Shown here piece by piece: positions 46,176 to 55,779 of a stretch of DNA of 64,000 bases. The position numbers were made by a program, and so were the translations under genes. Each line of letters opens with the position of its first letter. Position 1 is the first letter of the stretch. The stretch comes from Nitrospiraceae bacterium (GTDB lineage: Bacteria > Nitrospirota > Nitrospiria > Nitrospirales > Nitrospiraceae): assembly GCA_052389595.1 (NCBI GenBank), contig JBQTHT010000009.1, positions 207-64,206 on the forward strand, written 5' to 3'. The notes under the pieces are model-generated. The model was not told the origin of the DNA and made no database searches. It saw nothing but the letters and a program-made list of their open reading frames with translations.

Positions 46176-46191
46176 CATCCTGCTCAAACCT

Positions 46192-47316
46192 ATGGCACCT
46201 GTGGGAAAACGCGATTACTACGAAACGCTTGGAGTTGAGCGTACCGTATCGGATGACGAGCTGAAGAAAGCTTTCCGTAAACTCGCCCGCCAATATCATC
46301 CCGATCTTCAGACCGGTGAACCACAGAAGAAAGTCGCCGAAGAAAAGTTCAAGGAAGTCAATGAGGCGTATGAAGTCCTGAGCGACCAGGAAAAGCGGAA
46401 GCGCTACGACGTGTTCGGCCACGCGGGAGCTCAACAGGGCGGCGGGTTTGAGGGTTTTGACTTTGGTCGGGGTGGATTTGGGGATGTCTTCAACGACATC
46501 TTCGATGACTTTTTCGGAGGTCAACGCGGCCGCAGCCGGGCTGAACGCGGGTCCGATCTTCAATACAATCTTGAACTGACGTTTGAAGAAGCGGTCTATG
46601 GTAAAGAAGCCAAGCTCAAAATTCCGCGGTGGGAGATCTGTCAAGATTGCAAGGGCACCGGCGCTCGTTCGGCTTCGGCGATTAAGACCTGTCCGAGCTG
46701 CAAGGGAGCCGGCCAGCTTCGCTTCCAGCAGGGCTTCTTCAGCGTGAGTCGGCCCTGCGGTCAATGCGATGGTGTCGGTCAAACGGTCAGCGACCCCTGT
46801 ACTGCATGCCAAGGGCGCCAACGGGTCTATCGAGAGCGCACGCTCTCCGTGCAAATTCCAGCCGGCATCGAGGCCGGGATGCGGCTTCGCCTCTCCAATG
46901 AAGGCGAGCACGGGGTCAACACCGGCCCGCCGGGAGACCTCTACGTCGCGGTCACGGTGAAACCTCACCCGCTCTTTTCCAGAAAAGGGAACGATATCGC
47001 CTGCGATGTGCCGATCAGCTTCGTCACCGCAACACTGGGCGGCAAAGTTGAAGTGCCCACCCTCAAGGGAAAGACCGTCATTAAGGTCCCTCCCGGTATC
47101 CAGAATGATAAGGTTCTCCGGCTCAAGGGACTGGGGATTCCCAGCTTAAAAGGCGTCCAGACCGGCGATCAGGTGTTCAATATCAAGGTAGAAATTCCCA
47201 CGAAGTTGACCGCTCGACAAAAAGAACTGCTGGCAGAATTCGGCAAAGAAAGCGGCATGTCCATGGAGAGCGACGGAGACGGTTTCTTCGACAAGATGAA
47301 AACGTTTTTTGAGTGA
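46192..47316 (+). CDS. dnaJ: molecular chaperone DnaJ
   Basis: It has a J domain (DYYETLGV...HPD), a G/F region and four CxxCxGxG zinc motifs. Confidence 0.97.
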   Translation: MAPVGKRDYYETLGVERTVSDDELKKAFRKLARQYHPDLQTGEPQKKVAEEKFKEVNEAYEVLSDQEKRKRYDVFGHAGAQQGGGFEGFDFGRGGFGDVFNDIFDDFFGGQRGRSRAERGSDLQYNLELTFEEAVYGKEAKLKIPRWEICQDCKGTGARSASAIKTCPSCKGAGQLRFQQGFFSVSRPCGQCDGVGQTVSDPCTACQGRQRVYRERTLSVQIPAGIEAGMRLRLSNEGEHGVNTGPPGDLYVAVTVKPHPLFSRKGNDIACDVPISFVTATLGGKVEVPTLKGKTVIKVPPGIQNDKVLRLKGLGIPSLKGVQTGDQVFNIKVEIPTKLTARQKELLAEFGKESGMSMESDGDGFFDKMKTFFE

Positions 47317-47359
47317 TGCCTCGTTGACTGACTTCCCTCCCGTTTTTCAACCGCACCGC

Positions 47360-48103
47360 ATGCCTATTTTCTTCGTCACGACCAGTGACATCCATGGTGA
47401 AACAATCACCATCAGCGACCCGCTCTTTACACACTTACGAGCCAGCCTCCGCATGCAGGTTGGCGAACAGCTCCTGGTGGGAGATGGTCGGGGGGGTCGG
47501 TATCAGGTACAAATCGACGACATCAGCCGCGGCGCCTTGACGGCGCGCATCCTTCAGGAGCAACGGGAGATGCCCAGGCAGATCTCACCCCTCATTCTCG
47601 GGCAGGCCATGCTCAAGGGGGATCGCATGGACTGGGCCATTCAAAAATCCACAGAACTTGCGACCCACTCGATCATTCCGCTCATCACACAGCATGCAGT
47701 GGTCAAACTTCAGAAGCAGCGGATGAGCGGCCAGCATGCTCGATGGCAGCGGATTGCCTTGGAAGCAGCTCAGCAATCTGAGCAATGGGCGATCCCTTCG
47801 ATCGGCGAGCCTCAGGATGCGTACGAGTTCTTCGCGCGTCGGCAACCTGAGGCCGTAAAGCTGATTCTGACCGAACGCAAGGCGGAGGCCCAGGGCCTGG
47901 GCACATTGTCATTACCGAGGAATCCGGCATGTTCCGTCATCATCACGGTAGGGCCGGAAGGTGGATGGTCGAGCAAGGAAGTGGAGCGTGCGTTGGAATG
48001 CGGCTTCAGGCCTGTGAGCCTTGGAGCAAAGATCCTACGCGCTGAAACCGCAGCGCTCGCCGCGGTGAGTATCCTTCAGAGCCGGCTTGGAGCGCTCGCG
48101 TGA
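47360..48103 (+). CDS. rsmE: 16S rRNA (uracil1498-N3)-methyltransferase
   Basis: RsmE pattern (MPIFFV..., GPEGGWS..E). It follows dnaJ, as in many genomes. Confidence 0.85.
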   Translation: MPIFFVTTSDIHGETITISDPLFTHLRASLRMQVGEQLLVGDGRGGRYQVQIDDISRGALTARILQEQREMPRQISPLILGQAMLKGDRMDWAIQKSTELATHSIIPLITQHAVVKLQKQRMSGQHARWQRIALEAAQQSEQWAIPSIGEPQDAYEFFARRQPEAVKLILTERKAEAQGLGTLSLPRNPACSVIITVGPEGGWSSKEVERALECGFRPVSLGAKILRAETAALAAVSILQSRLGALA

Positions 48104-48189
48104 ACGCGACCGGTTTAGAGGGGAGAGTTAGACATATCTGACGGTTCGTTTTTCATCTTAAACTCTACACTCATCACTTCTAACTCCCG

Positions 48190-49182
48190 CTAGGGACTCG
48201 CCCTGATGTGAACGATCGTCCCTTTTTCCCCGCTGGCCCAGCCGTGTGCAGAGTCAGGAAAAGAAAATCCAAACAACGACACTTTCGCGACATTGTCCTG
48301 TTCCACCCAACTAAAGCCGGCATCAGTCGTCCGAAACATGGTCCCGCGTTCCCCGACGACCCATCCTACTTGCCCGCTCGTAAACCGGATTCGAATCAAG
48401 TCGGTCAGTTTCGTGCACGTCCGCACGCAGGGTAATGTACGATCGATCCATCGTTGTCCGCCGTCGTTCGTTTGAAACATGGCGCCCGCATTGCCGACCA
48501 CCCATCCCGTGGAAGTATCGTTCAAAAAGACATCAAAAAACGTTGCCGCGCCCTGCGCCTCCTGTGCCGTCCACGTCATTCCTCCATCTGAAGTGGCGAG
48601 AATCGTACCCAATGCCCCAACGGCCGTCCCTCGCCGCTCAGTCACGAAATGGACGGCATACAGTGTAGCATTGGTCCCGCTCGTCTGATCGTTCCAGTGG
48701 ATTCCGCCGTCTTCAGTGTGGAGAATAGTGCCCGAGCCGCCTACCGTCCACCCCAAGGAGGGTGAGACAAAATACACACTATACAACGACGCCGAAGTTC
48801 CGACGGCTTGCGGTAGCCAGGTTTCTCCTCCATCTTTGGAATGTCGAATAGTGCCGTTAACCCCGACCAGCCAACCATGCTGCGCATCGACGAAGAACAC
48901 GCCGGTCAACAGCACCGCTGTCGTGCTCGGTTGCTTCTTCCATTTTTTTCCGCCATCGAGGGTTTTTAGAATCGTCCCGCCCGCCCCCACAGCCCACCCC
49001 ACCTTGGCGTCGTGAAAGTGAAGTCCCATCAGGGTCACACCGGTTCCGCTTTTTTGCTGAGCGACAAGAATGAGGGGTTCGGCCGCATGGAGACGCGCCA
49101 CGACCAGCGCCATGATGAGACAACCGAGTAGGGCCCATCGGCGTTGTGGCGATGTCATGCGGTGTCTTGGACTATCGTTCAA
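48190..49182 (-). CDS. Ycf48/HCF136-like beta-propeller protein (secreted)
   Basis: A signal peptide is followed by repeated GT/GG.I..T.DGG.TW blades. Confidence 0.7.
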   Translation of the reverse strand: MNDSPRHRMTSPQRRWALLGCLIMALVVARLHAAEPLILVAQQKSGTGVTLMGLHFHDAKVGWAVGAGGTILKTLDGGKKWKKQPSTTAVLLTGVFFVDAQHGWLVGVNGTIRHSKDGGETWLPQAVGTSASLYSVYFVSPSLGWTVGGSGTILHTEDGGIHWNDQTSGTNATLYAVHFVTERRGTAVGALGTILATSDGGMTWTAQEAQGAATFFDVFLNDTSTGWVVGNAGAMFQTNDGGQRWIDRTLPCVRTCTKLTDLIRIRFTSGQVGWVVGERGTMFRTTDAGFSWVEQDNVAKVSLFGFSFPDSAHGWASGEKGTIVHIRASP

Positions 49183-50846
49183 TATGTGGAGTCGGCTTCA
49201 GGGCGAGTGTCTGAGAAATATCCCTTATCAGGAAGCCCCTTGGCTTCGATGGTAAAAGGCCCCACATCGACGTTGATCCATTGTTTCGGCGTGCAGCAGT
49301 TGCCGTCCGGCAAGAGGTCCCAAGCGCCCCTGCGGACCACGAGCGGACCAGTCGCCAGGTCGGTGGAAAACTCATTCTTCTTCCCGATGCCGAACACATG
49401 GCGGCGCGGTACGCGAACCTTGATTTCGGAATCCGTCCACGACACGACGATTGCGCCGATGTGATTGAACAGCACTTCGGTTCGCGACACATTCTCTCCC
49501 AGCTCGATTGTGGCGGCCTCGTGTCCCGCTTCATTCAGCCCTGGTTGTGTTTGCTCGGTCGTTTTCAAGAACGAGCCGAATCCACTACCTTTGATCGTCA
49601 CGATATCATCCAGGCCGGCCGACATCGGGCTGTAGGACTCGACCTTCGGGGTCACGACTGTGAAGGAGCCCGCCTCAGTCGAAATAATCCCTTCTTCCGC
49701 GCAACAAGAGCCATCCGCTTTCGGTCGCTTCGCTCCGCGGCGCACGACCACCGAGCCGCTCTTCACGCTGAACGGAACCCAGACATCGATTCGATCGTCA
49801 TGCCACCGATAGATAATGGCGGGGACGCCGCCGACCTCGACGCGATTTTCGCCTCTATTAAAATCCGTGAACGCAAACGGCGTGGAACCGCTTTCAGAGT
49901 AGAATCCGAAATGCTCGCCGGTAATCTTCAACAGACTGCCGATAGGGGCGCTGGACGGGGAAACGGCTGTCGCTTTCGGAACATGCACGGTGAAGGTTCC
50001 CAGCGTCCGCTCCGTGCCGTTCCGTTTGAGGACGACCGGCCCGGTTTCAGCATCCAACGGCAGGTGTACGACAATGACATTATCAATCCACTTGGCGACC
50101 AGTGCAGGATGTCCTCCAAAGAGCACCATATCGTCCGCCGCCTTGGCAGGGCCGAACCCTGTCCCGAAAAGCACGACTTTCGTTCCGACAGGCCCACTAA
50201 CGGGATCCACGCGCACCGAAGGAATCAGCGCCAGCGGCGCAGCGTTGCTGACCGTGTACTGTACGACAGCGCAACACGACCCATCAGGCAATGGGTCCGA
50301 GGAGGCCAGTCGTACCACGACATCTCCCGAGGCGGCATTGGCAGGAATCTCCACCTCAATCTTGTCATCACGCCAACGCCGGGAACGAACGACCACTCCG
50401 CCGATCATGACATCGTTCACGCCGAACATCGTATTCGGATCGCGAGGCCCCGCTGTATTGCCAAAATGCTCGCCGGTAATCTGCAGCACCGTCCCCGGTT
50501 CAGCAGACGGGGGGGAGAGGGCACGGATGTGCGGTCGGAGGGCGGTAAACGCGCCGGCCAGGACCTTTTTCTTTCCAGCCACCACCTCTACCGGGCCGTT
50601 CGTTGCCTTGAACGGCACCTTCACTTCAATCACATCCTGTTCCCAACGTTGAATTAAAGCTGGTTGGCCATTGAAGAGCACTCGATTGAACTGAGAAGAC
50701 TTGAACGCTCCAAAGCCCTTTCCGGTAATCGCAATCGTGGCGCCGGGCGTTGCTGATTCGGGAGTGATTTGCGCGGCCGCCATGACAGAGCAAGGAACTC
50801 CCAGGAGTGGGAAGACAAGACAGCAGTAGAAAACCCACCCTTTCAT
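49179..50846 (-). CDS. IPT/TIG-repeat protein (secreted)
   Basis: The signal peptide is MKGWVFYCCLVFPLLGVPCSVMA. At least six ~85-aa repeats with I.ITG.(H)FG motifs follow. The ORF is open to 51026, but Met at 50846 gives a signal peptide. Its stop overlaps the downstream start (ATGA). Confidence 0.7.
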   Translation of the reverse strand: MKGWVFYCCLVFPLLGVPCSVMAAAQITPESATPGATIAITGKGFGAFKSSQFNRVLFNGQPALIQRWEQDVIEVKVPFKATNGPVEVVAGKKKVLAGAFTALRPHIRALSPPSAEPGTVLQITGEHFGNTAGPRDPNTMFGVNDVMIGGVVVRSRRWRDDKIEVEIPANAASGDVVVRLASSDPLPDGSCCAVVQYTVSNAAPLALIPSVRVDPVSGPVGTKVVLFGTGFGPAKAADDMVLFGGHPALVAKWIDNVIVVHLPLDAETGPVVLKRNGTERTLGTFTVHVPKATAVSPSSAPIGSLLKITGEHFGFYSESGSTPFAFTDFNRGENRVEVGGVPAIIYRWHDDRIDVWVPFSVKSGSVVVRRGAKRPKADGSCCAEEGIISTEAGSFTVVTPKVESYSPMSAGLDDIVTIKGSGFGSFLKTTEQTQPGLNEAGHEAATIELGENVSRTEVLFNHIGAIVVSWTDSEIKVRVPRRHVFGIGKKNEFSTDLATGPLVVRRGAWDLLPDGNCCTPKQWINVDVGPFTIEAKGLPDKGYFSDTRPEADSTY

Positions 50847-51079
50847 CGCCTTACTCCAAGATCGCCACAGACGGGGGCCCCTAGCGGACAAACGAATTGG
50901 GCCGAGCGTTGGCACCTGATCATGACTGAGTTCAAGGGAAAAGCCCCGCGCGTGCACAGAAACCCCACGCAGGAGAGACAGAACGCCGGGACGGGGGTAC
51001 AGGGTCAAGCGAAGGGACACGGGCACTATAGCAATCGCGTTTTTTTATTGTCAAGCTGGGCGAGAGGCGGGATGAGGGG

Positions 51080-51961
51080 CTACGGCCTACCGTTTAATGC
51101 ACCGGCTGCCGCCTGCCTTATGTCGCGATCCGGATCATAAGCCGCAGCTTGCTCAAGCGCCGATGTGGCTTCCGCAGAATCATTCAGATTGCGTAATGCC
51201 TCAACGGCCAGGAGCCGGACCTCGCGTTTTCCCTGTTGAAGCAACGACACCAAAACCGGCACCGCACGCCTATCTTCAAGACGGCCAAGTTCACGGATCG
51301 TGTTCTCACGGGCCAGCGAGGCGTAGAGTGTATCACCGGGAAGCATTACACCGTGATCTGTCGTGGCCGGCTCACTCTTAGCCGGATCAGGTGGCCCCAA
51401 CTTGGAGAGGCTGCGAATCAGAGCAGCGGTCGTGTCCAGATTGGAGCGAACCTTGGCCGCGAGGATATCGCCCAGAAAATAAAAATAGGGATTCGTATCG
51501 AACCGTTGCAAGGTTTCAAGATACGGCGGCGTCCCTGAGTCCAACGGCCCAGGGTCCTCCTTAATGGAGAGGTCGAGGATCTGACCGACTGAGTGATGTT
51601 CGAGCCGGGCACGAAAGATGATCTCAGTCCCGAACGTATCGATCCGATATTGCTTCCCCTGTTCTTCTCGATACTCAACCCTGAGCGTCAAGTCATGGGG
51701 ATCGGTAGTCTGAGGAACAACGACGAACCCCGCATTGACGAGTTTCATCTTAACCGACGGAGCGATTTGAGACAGCGTGTGGCCATGCTTCATCCAAGTG
51801 GAAAAAGCCAAGTCCACAAAAATCGTCGTTGTGTGACGGTTCTGATGTGTCTCAGCGTCGGACACGACTCTATCAACAGCCTGAGCCGACGCTGATGCAC
51901 TGAAGAGAATGGAGACTGTCAGACACACGGACATGAATGGCTGGTGGGTCACCTGCTGCAT
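51080..51961 (-). CDS. HEAT-repeat protein (secreted)
   Basis: A signal peptide and C-terminal PBS-lyase-type HEAT repeats (RRAVPVLVSLLQQGKREVRLLAVEALRNL, DRDIRQAAAGAL). Confidence 0.55.
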   Translation of the reverse strand: MQQVTHQPFMSVCLTVSILFSASASAQAVDRVVSDAETHQNRHTTTIFVDLAFSTWMKHGHTLSQIAPSVKMKLVNAGFVVVPQTTDPHDLTLRVEYREEQGKQYRIDTFGTEIIFRARLEHHSVGQILDLSIKEDPGPLDSGTPPYLETLQRFDTNPYFYFLGDILAAKVRSNLDTTAALIRSLSKLGPPDPAKSEPATTDHGVMLPGDTLYASLARENTIRELGRLEDRRAVPVLVSLLQQGKREVRLLAVEALRNLNDSAEATSALEQAAAYDPDRDIRQAAAGALNGRP

Positions 51962-51967
51962 GGTCTG

Positions 51968-52426
51968 TCACACTACCTGAAGAATCAACTCCAATTCGAC
52001 GGGAGCGCCGAGGGGTAATTCCGCAGCGCCGAGAGCCACCCGGGCATGACGACCGGCATCTCCGAACAGGGCCACGAGTAAGTCCGACGCTCCGTTCATC
52101 ACCGGCGGGTGCTGAACAAACCCCTCGGCCGACGCGACGTGGCCGACCATCCGGACGACTTTGTGGACTCGATCCAATGTCCCCAATTCGTTGCGCACAA
52201 TGGCCAGCGCATTGAGAAGCGCGATCCGCGCCGCCTCAACGCCTTGTTCAAGACTGAGATCCCTCCCTAGTTTCCCTTTCAGCGCCAATTGCCCATCCCG
52301 TAACGGAATGACGCCGCTCAGAAACAACAACTCCCCTACCCTGACAGCGGGAATGTAATTCGCCACCGGTTTCGGCGCAGCAGGGAGCACGAGCCCCAGT
52401 TCCTTTAGTTTCTGTTCAGCGGACAT
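51968..52426 (-). CDS. ridA: RidA-family protein
   Basis: YjgF/RidA pattern (...ELPLGAPVELE...). ATG 52426 is preferred over GTG 52432. Confidence 0.85.
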   Translation of the reverse strand: MSAEQKLKELGLVLPAAPKPVANYIPAVRVGELLFLSGVIPLRDGQLALKGKLGRDLSLEQGVEAARIALLNALAIVRNELGTLDRVHKVVRMVGHVASAEGFVQHPPVMNGASDLLVALFGDAGRHARVALGAAELPLGAPVELELILQVV

Positions 52427-52429
52427 GAT

Positions 52430-52478
52430 CACTCGTATCTCGTTGCTCGTCGTTCGTATCCCGAACGACGCTTCACGC
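52430..52478. repeat. short copy of the CGTGAAGCG-family element
   Basis: CACTCGTATCTCGT ... CGAACGACGCTTCACGC. Both termini are identical to those of the 5804-5907 element. It lies between the deoB stop and the ridA start. Confidence 0.7.
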
Positions 52479-52483
52479 TCCTA

Positions 52484-53659
52484 TCATCCCGGACTCAGGG
52501 CTTGCAGGAAGCTATCCCCCCAGGCCAATCGTGCGGCGCCTAGAGCCTCGGCGATTGTCTGCCCAAGATCGGCGGCCGTCTGCCGCGTGCCTAGATTTAC
52601 ACCTTGCGCCAGCTTAGGTCCGGTCACAAGCAGCGGCACATACTCCCGACTATGATCGGTTCCCGGGGTCGTCGGATCATTCCCGTGATCGGCCGTGATG
52701 AAGAGCACGTCTCCGGGGCGGAGTTGCTCAATGATCCGCGACAGGCGGCGGTCGAATTCCTGAAGTGCACCGGCAAAGCCCGCCGTATCGTTTCGATGCC
52801 CATAGAGCGTATCAAAATCATTCAGGTTCACGAAGAGCAACCCGCGAGGCACCTTTGCGATCAGATGATGGAGCTCGTCCATCGCAGCGGGATTGCTTCC
52901 GGCATGTGTCGAACGCGTCAACCCACGGCTCTTAAACAGATCGTCGATCTTCCCGATCCCCATCACCAGCTGCCCGCCCCGGTTCAGCGAATCCAGCAAC
53001 GTCGTCCCTGGGGGTTCAATCGCAAAGTCGCGGCGATGGTCCGTCCGCACGAACGCGCCAGGCCCCCCGATGAATGGCCTGGCAATGACCCGCGCAACCT
53101 GGTGCGGCGGTTTCAACAACTTTCTCGCCTCCCGGCAGATCTTGTACAGATCTTCGAGCGGAATCACCTTTTCATGCGCGGCAATCTGAAATACGCTATC
53201 GACGCTGGTATACACGATTGGAAACCCGGTTTTGAGGTGCTGCTCTCCTAATTCATGAATGATCTTCGTGCCGGATGCGACGCGGTTGCCAAGTGTCCTT
53301 CGACCGATGACTCGTTCAAATGCATCGATCACTTCGTGAGGGAATCCGGAAGGGTAGACGGGAAACGGCGTATCCACCGTCAGTCCCGCCAGCTCCCAAT
53401 GTCCGACCGTCGAATCCTTCCCCTGAGTTAGAAAACCCATCTTGCCGAAACACCCGGTGGGCTGACCCATAAGACGGACGCCCTTGAACGAACCAATGTG
53501 CCCTAGACCGAGCGCCTCCAGGTTCGGCAGCGTGAGCCCGCCCACCGAATCGGCCACATGCGCCAAGGTGTTGCACCCACTATCTCCGTACTCCCCCGCA
53601 TCCGGGAGCGCACCTACCCCGACACCGTCCAGCACTATGAGAATCACGCGAGTAATCAT
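52484..53659 (-). CDS. deoB: phosphopentomutase
   Basis: It has VILIVLDGVGVGALPDA and TADHGNDPT motifs and is 391 aa long. Confidence 0.93.
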   Translation of the reverse strand: MITRVILIVLDGVGVGALPDAGEYGDSGCNTLAHVADSVGGLTLPNLEALGLGHIGSFKGVRLMGQPTGCFGKMGFLTQGKDSTVGHWELAGLTVDTPFPVYPSGFPHEVIDAFERVIGRRTLGNRVASGTKIIHELGEQHLKTGFPIVYTSVDSVFQIAAHEKVIPLEDLYKICREARKLLKPPHQVARVIARPFIGGPGAFVRTDHRRDFAIEPPGTTLLDSLNRGGQLVMGIGKIDDLFKSRGLTRSTHAGSNPAAMDELHHLIAKVPRGLLFVNLNDFDTLYGHRNDTAGFAGALQEFDRRLSRIIEQLRPGDVLFITADHGNDPTTPGTDHSREYVPLLVTGPKLAQGVNLGTRQTAADLGQTIAEALGAARLAWGDSFLQALSPG

Positions 53660-53958
53660 CCCGATGAGGTCCTTTGCTCTTCACACATCCGACCAGACAA
53701 CCTGCGAATGGTACCTGCCCGACGTCCAAGTTACAAGCCGCCCGGCAACTCTGAGCTCCCTCGTGTTGACAACCATTCCACCCCCAAAATACCCTGTAGC
53801 CCCTTCCTACGTTGAACCCTCAATATGGGTCATACGACTGACCCTGTAGGGACACGGGAGTGGCCGGGGGCACCTTCCGCCGGAGCCGCTCTGGACAGGG
53901 TGTGGAGCAATGGCGGATTCCTGCTGCGATCCTCTGCGTTGGTCGTATTTTGTCGTTT

Positions 53959-53987
53959 GTATCTCGAGATGCGCTTCACGAGATACG
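53959..53987. repeat. hairpin copy of the repeat family (GTATCTCG-N12-CGAGATAC)
   Basis: CGCTTCACGAGATACG at 53972-53987 is the exact reverse complement of CGTATCTCGTGAAGCG at 5808-5823. Confidence 0.65.
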
Positions 53988-54021
53988 CTGCATGTTTTAC
54001 GAGTCACGATCAGCAATGAGG

Positions 54022-54681
54022 CTAGTGCGGCTTCGGGCGAGAATAGAGTTTCACCCTCTGCGGAGTGTGAAAGGCATAGGACAATTTGCACCCCGCGTAG
54101 GAACGGTCCGGCGCCTCAGGACGCAAACTCGCCGAATTGGGAATCAAAAGATTGTTCCATTGCGCTGATCGGTTGAGAGGACCCGGCAATATAAGTGCCA
54201 CATGCCCTTCGTCTTGTGAATTCATCAGCACAGCAACGGTCGGAAGACCTATTTCTGCCTGCCGTTTGGCTTTCTGCAGCGCCTTTTGATCCGCCGCGTT
54301 TCCCAATAATTCCCAGCCGCTCCGCTTGCCGATGACCATGGCTGCCAACTCAGTTGGATTCATCAAGGACCCGTCCCGGACATGAAGGTCCTTCACGTGA
54401 TAGATCTCCTGTAAGGCTTGCGCGGTCAAGCCGGCACACTGCTTCGGGTTCTTTGTCCCCGCTTTTGTCGAACAGGAGAGGAAGCGTACAAAGATCCGTT
54501 CTGCGGCTTTTTGTTCTGGGGACACCACTGCGGATGCGACGTGCTCATCCTTCATACAGCGGTGCAGCTTCAGCTCAGTGGCAAGCGCCGACGCCCAATC
54601 GAGAAGAGCCACCGTCAGTGTGATGGCGAACATACTCGTTCTCTGCCTCTCGTTCCTGGCCACAACGTTCATCAGATTCAT
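54022..54681 (-). CDS. hypothetical secreted protein
   Basis: 219-aa ORF with an N-terminal hydrophobic segment. GHVALILPG hints at a papain/CHAP-like fold, but I cannot support that further. Confidence 0.4.
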   Translation of the reverse strand: MNLMNVVARNERQRTSMFAITLTVALLDWASALATELKLHRCMKDEHVASAVVSPEQKAAERIFVRFLSCSTKAGTKNPKQCAGLTAQALQEIYHVKDLHVRDGSLMNPTELAAMVIGKRSGWELLGNAADQKALQKAKRQAEIGLPTVAVLMNSQDEGHVALILPGPLNRSAQWNNLLIPNSASLRPEAPDRSYAGCKLSYAFHTPQRVKLYSRPKPH

Positions 54682-54739
54682 CTTCTGGTTCGGATGGCTT
54701 CTTAGTCAATCGTGCAGTGAAACGAGAGTGCAGGCCGGC

Positions 54740-54912
54740 TCATGTCCTTCTGTACCACGGAAACCTGGTTCCAACCGTTCGCTTTTCGTCATCCACCGCG
54801 TATATGATTCGATAAATCTATTTAACGCACCCGATAGTAGTCAAGTCGGGACAACGTCTCATTTCCTGGCCCGGCGAGGATTCGGTGCGAGACTACAGTC
54901 CTCAGGCACTTT
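54740..54912 (-). pseudogene. RelE/ParE-family toxin remnant
   Basis: On the - strand ...LDYYRVR is followed by TAA. After a +1 shift comes YRIIYAVDDEKRTV (54773-54814), the classical RelE/ParE core. The N-terminus is also shortened. Confidence 0.5.
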
Positions 54913-55059
54913 TTAAAATACTCGCGATGTCTCTTTGCTCCGCTTGTCGAGGGCTTCCAGATCAATGGCATCCTCCCACAGCGCTTCAGTGACAGCGACA
55001 TTAACGAGTTCTGACACCGACCGATCGGTTGTAGCGGCTTCACCTTGTCCTATAGACAT
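54913..55059 (-). pseudogene. ribbon-helix-helix antitoxin remnant (48-codon ORF, below the ORF-track cutoff)
   Basis: The ORF reads MSIGQGEAATTDRSVSELVNVAVTEALWEDAIDLEALDKRSKETSRVF. The helix-2-like part of an RHH antitoxin is present, but the beta-strand part is missing. The missing part may be NVITVLDEKE, which lies in another frame at about 55070-55130. There is no SD sequence. Confidence 0.4.
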
Positions 55060-55398
55060 TCGGTTTGAGTTAGATGGTCGCTCTCGTATCGCTTGGTATC
55101 AAACTCTCCTTCTCATCTAATACCGTTATAACGTTTCCGCAGTAAAGCAGAACGCCTGGACAATCGTCAACGCCAGGGCTCCAAAGTTCGCAGGCAACTG
55201 AGGGCTCTCCGCTACCCAGCCCCGCAAACCATCCCGCTCCGCCACAGGCGGGTGAGTCCCAACCAGCGCCGGACTGGACGGCTGTTTCAGTGACAGGGTC
55301 CATTGAAGGGTAGCCGTCAGAAAATACGGGTGTGCGGGATGAGATCGATGGGTGGCGCCGTTATGAGAGATCTTGGCCGGTCGGCTCGAAGACTGGAG

Positions 55399-55731
55399 TT
55401 ACGTTGCGGACTGCTTGGCAAGAAATCGTTGAAGCTGCTCCTTTGGGGATTGGATCATGAGGAATTCGACACCAAACTCTTCACGTGTGGACCATCGTAC
55501 CCTCGCAGTTTCGACCACGAATGCCGATTCCTCGCCGGGCAGCATAATCCTGAGGGTGAGATACGATCCATCCAGGACGGTAGCCTGACTGTCGATCGCG
55601 CAGCCTCCCGGAGACAGGTTGTACGCCGTCCCCTCATGCTCCGTCCCATCCTCTTTTTTGAACGTCACGAGACAATCAGCCGAGCTCCGACCACGTAGAC
55701 GGGATTCCTTGGACTGTTCTTGTTCTTCCAT
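55399..55731 (-). CDS. PilZ-domain protein
   Basis: RLRGR...D.S.GG pattern (YNLSPGGCAI) in a 110-aa protein. Confidence 0.7.
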   Translation of the reverse strand: MEEQEQSKESRLRGRSSADCLVTFKKEDGTEHEGTAYNLSPGGCAIDSQATVLDGSYLTLRIMLPGEESAFVVETARVRWSTREEFGVEFLMIQSPKEQLQRFLAKQSAT

Positions 55732-55779
55732 TCGGCCTTTCCTCTGACACCAGGCGATTGCAGCAGCATCGCCGGAACG

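Noticed and set aside
55070-55303. 77-aa ORF on the - strand (MDPVTETAVQSGAGWDSP...).
   Set aside because: It is Gly/Cys/Trp-rich with an odd composition, and only its last ~20 codons resemble anything (a possible RHH beta-strand). It is more likely read-through of decayed TA DNA than a gene.
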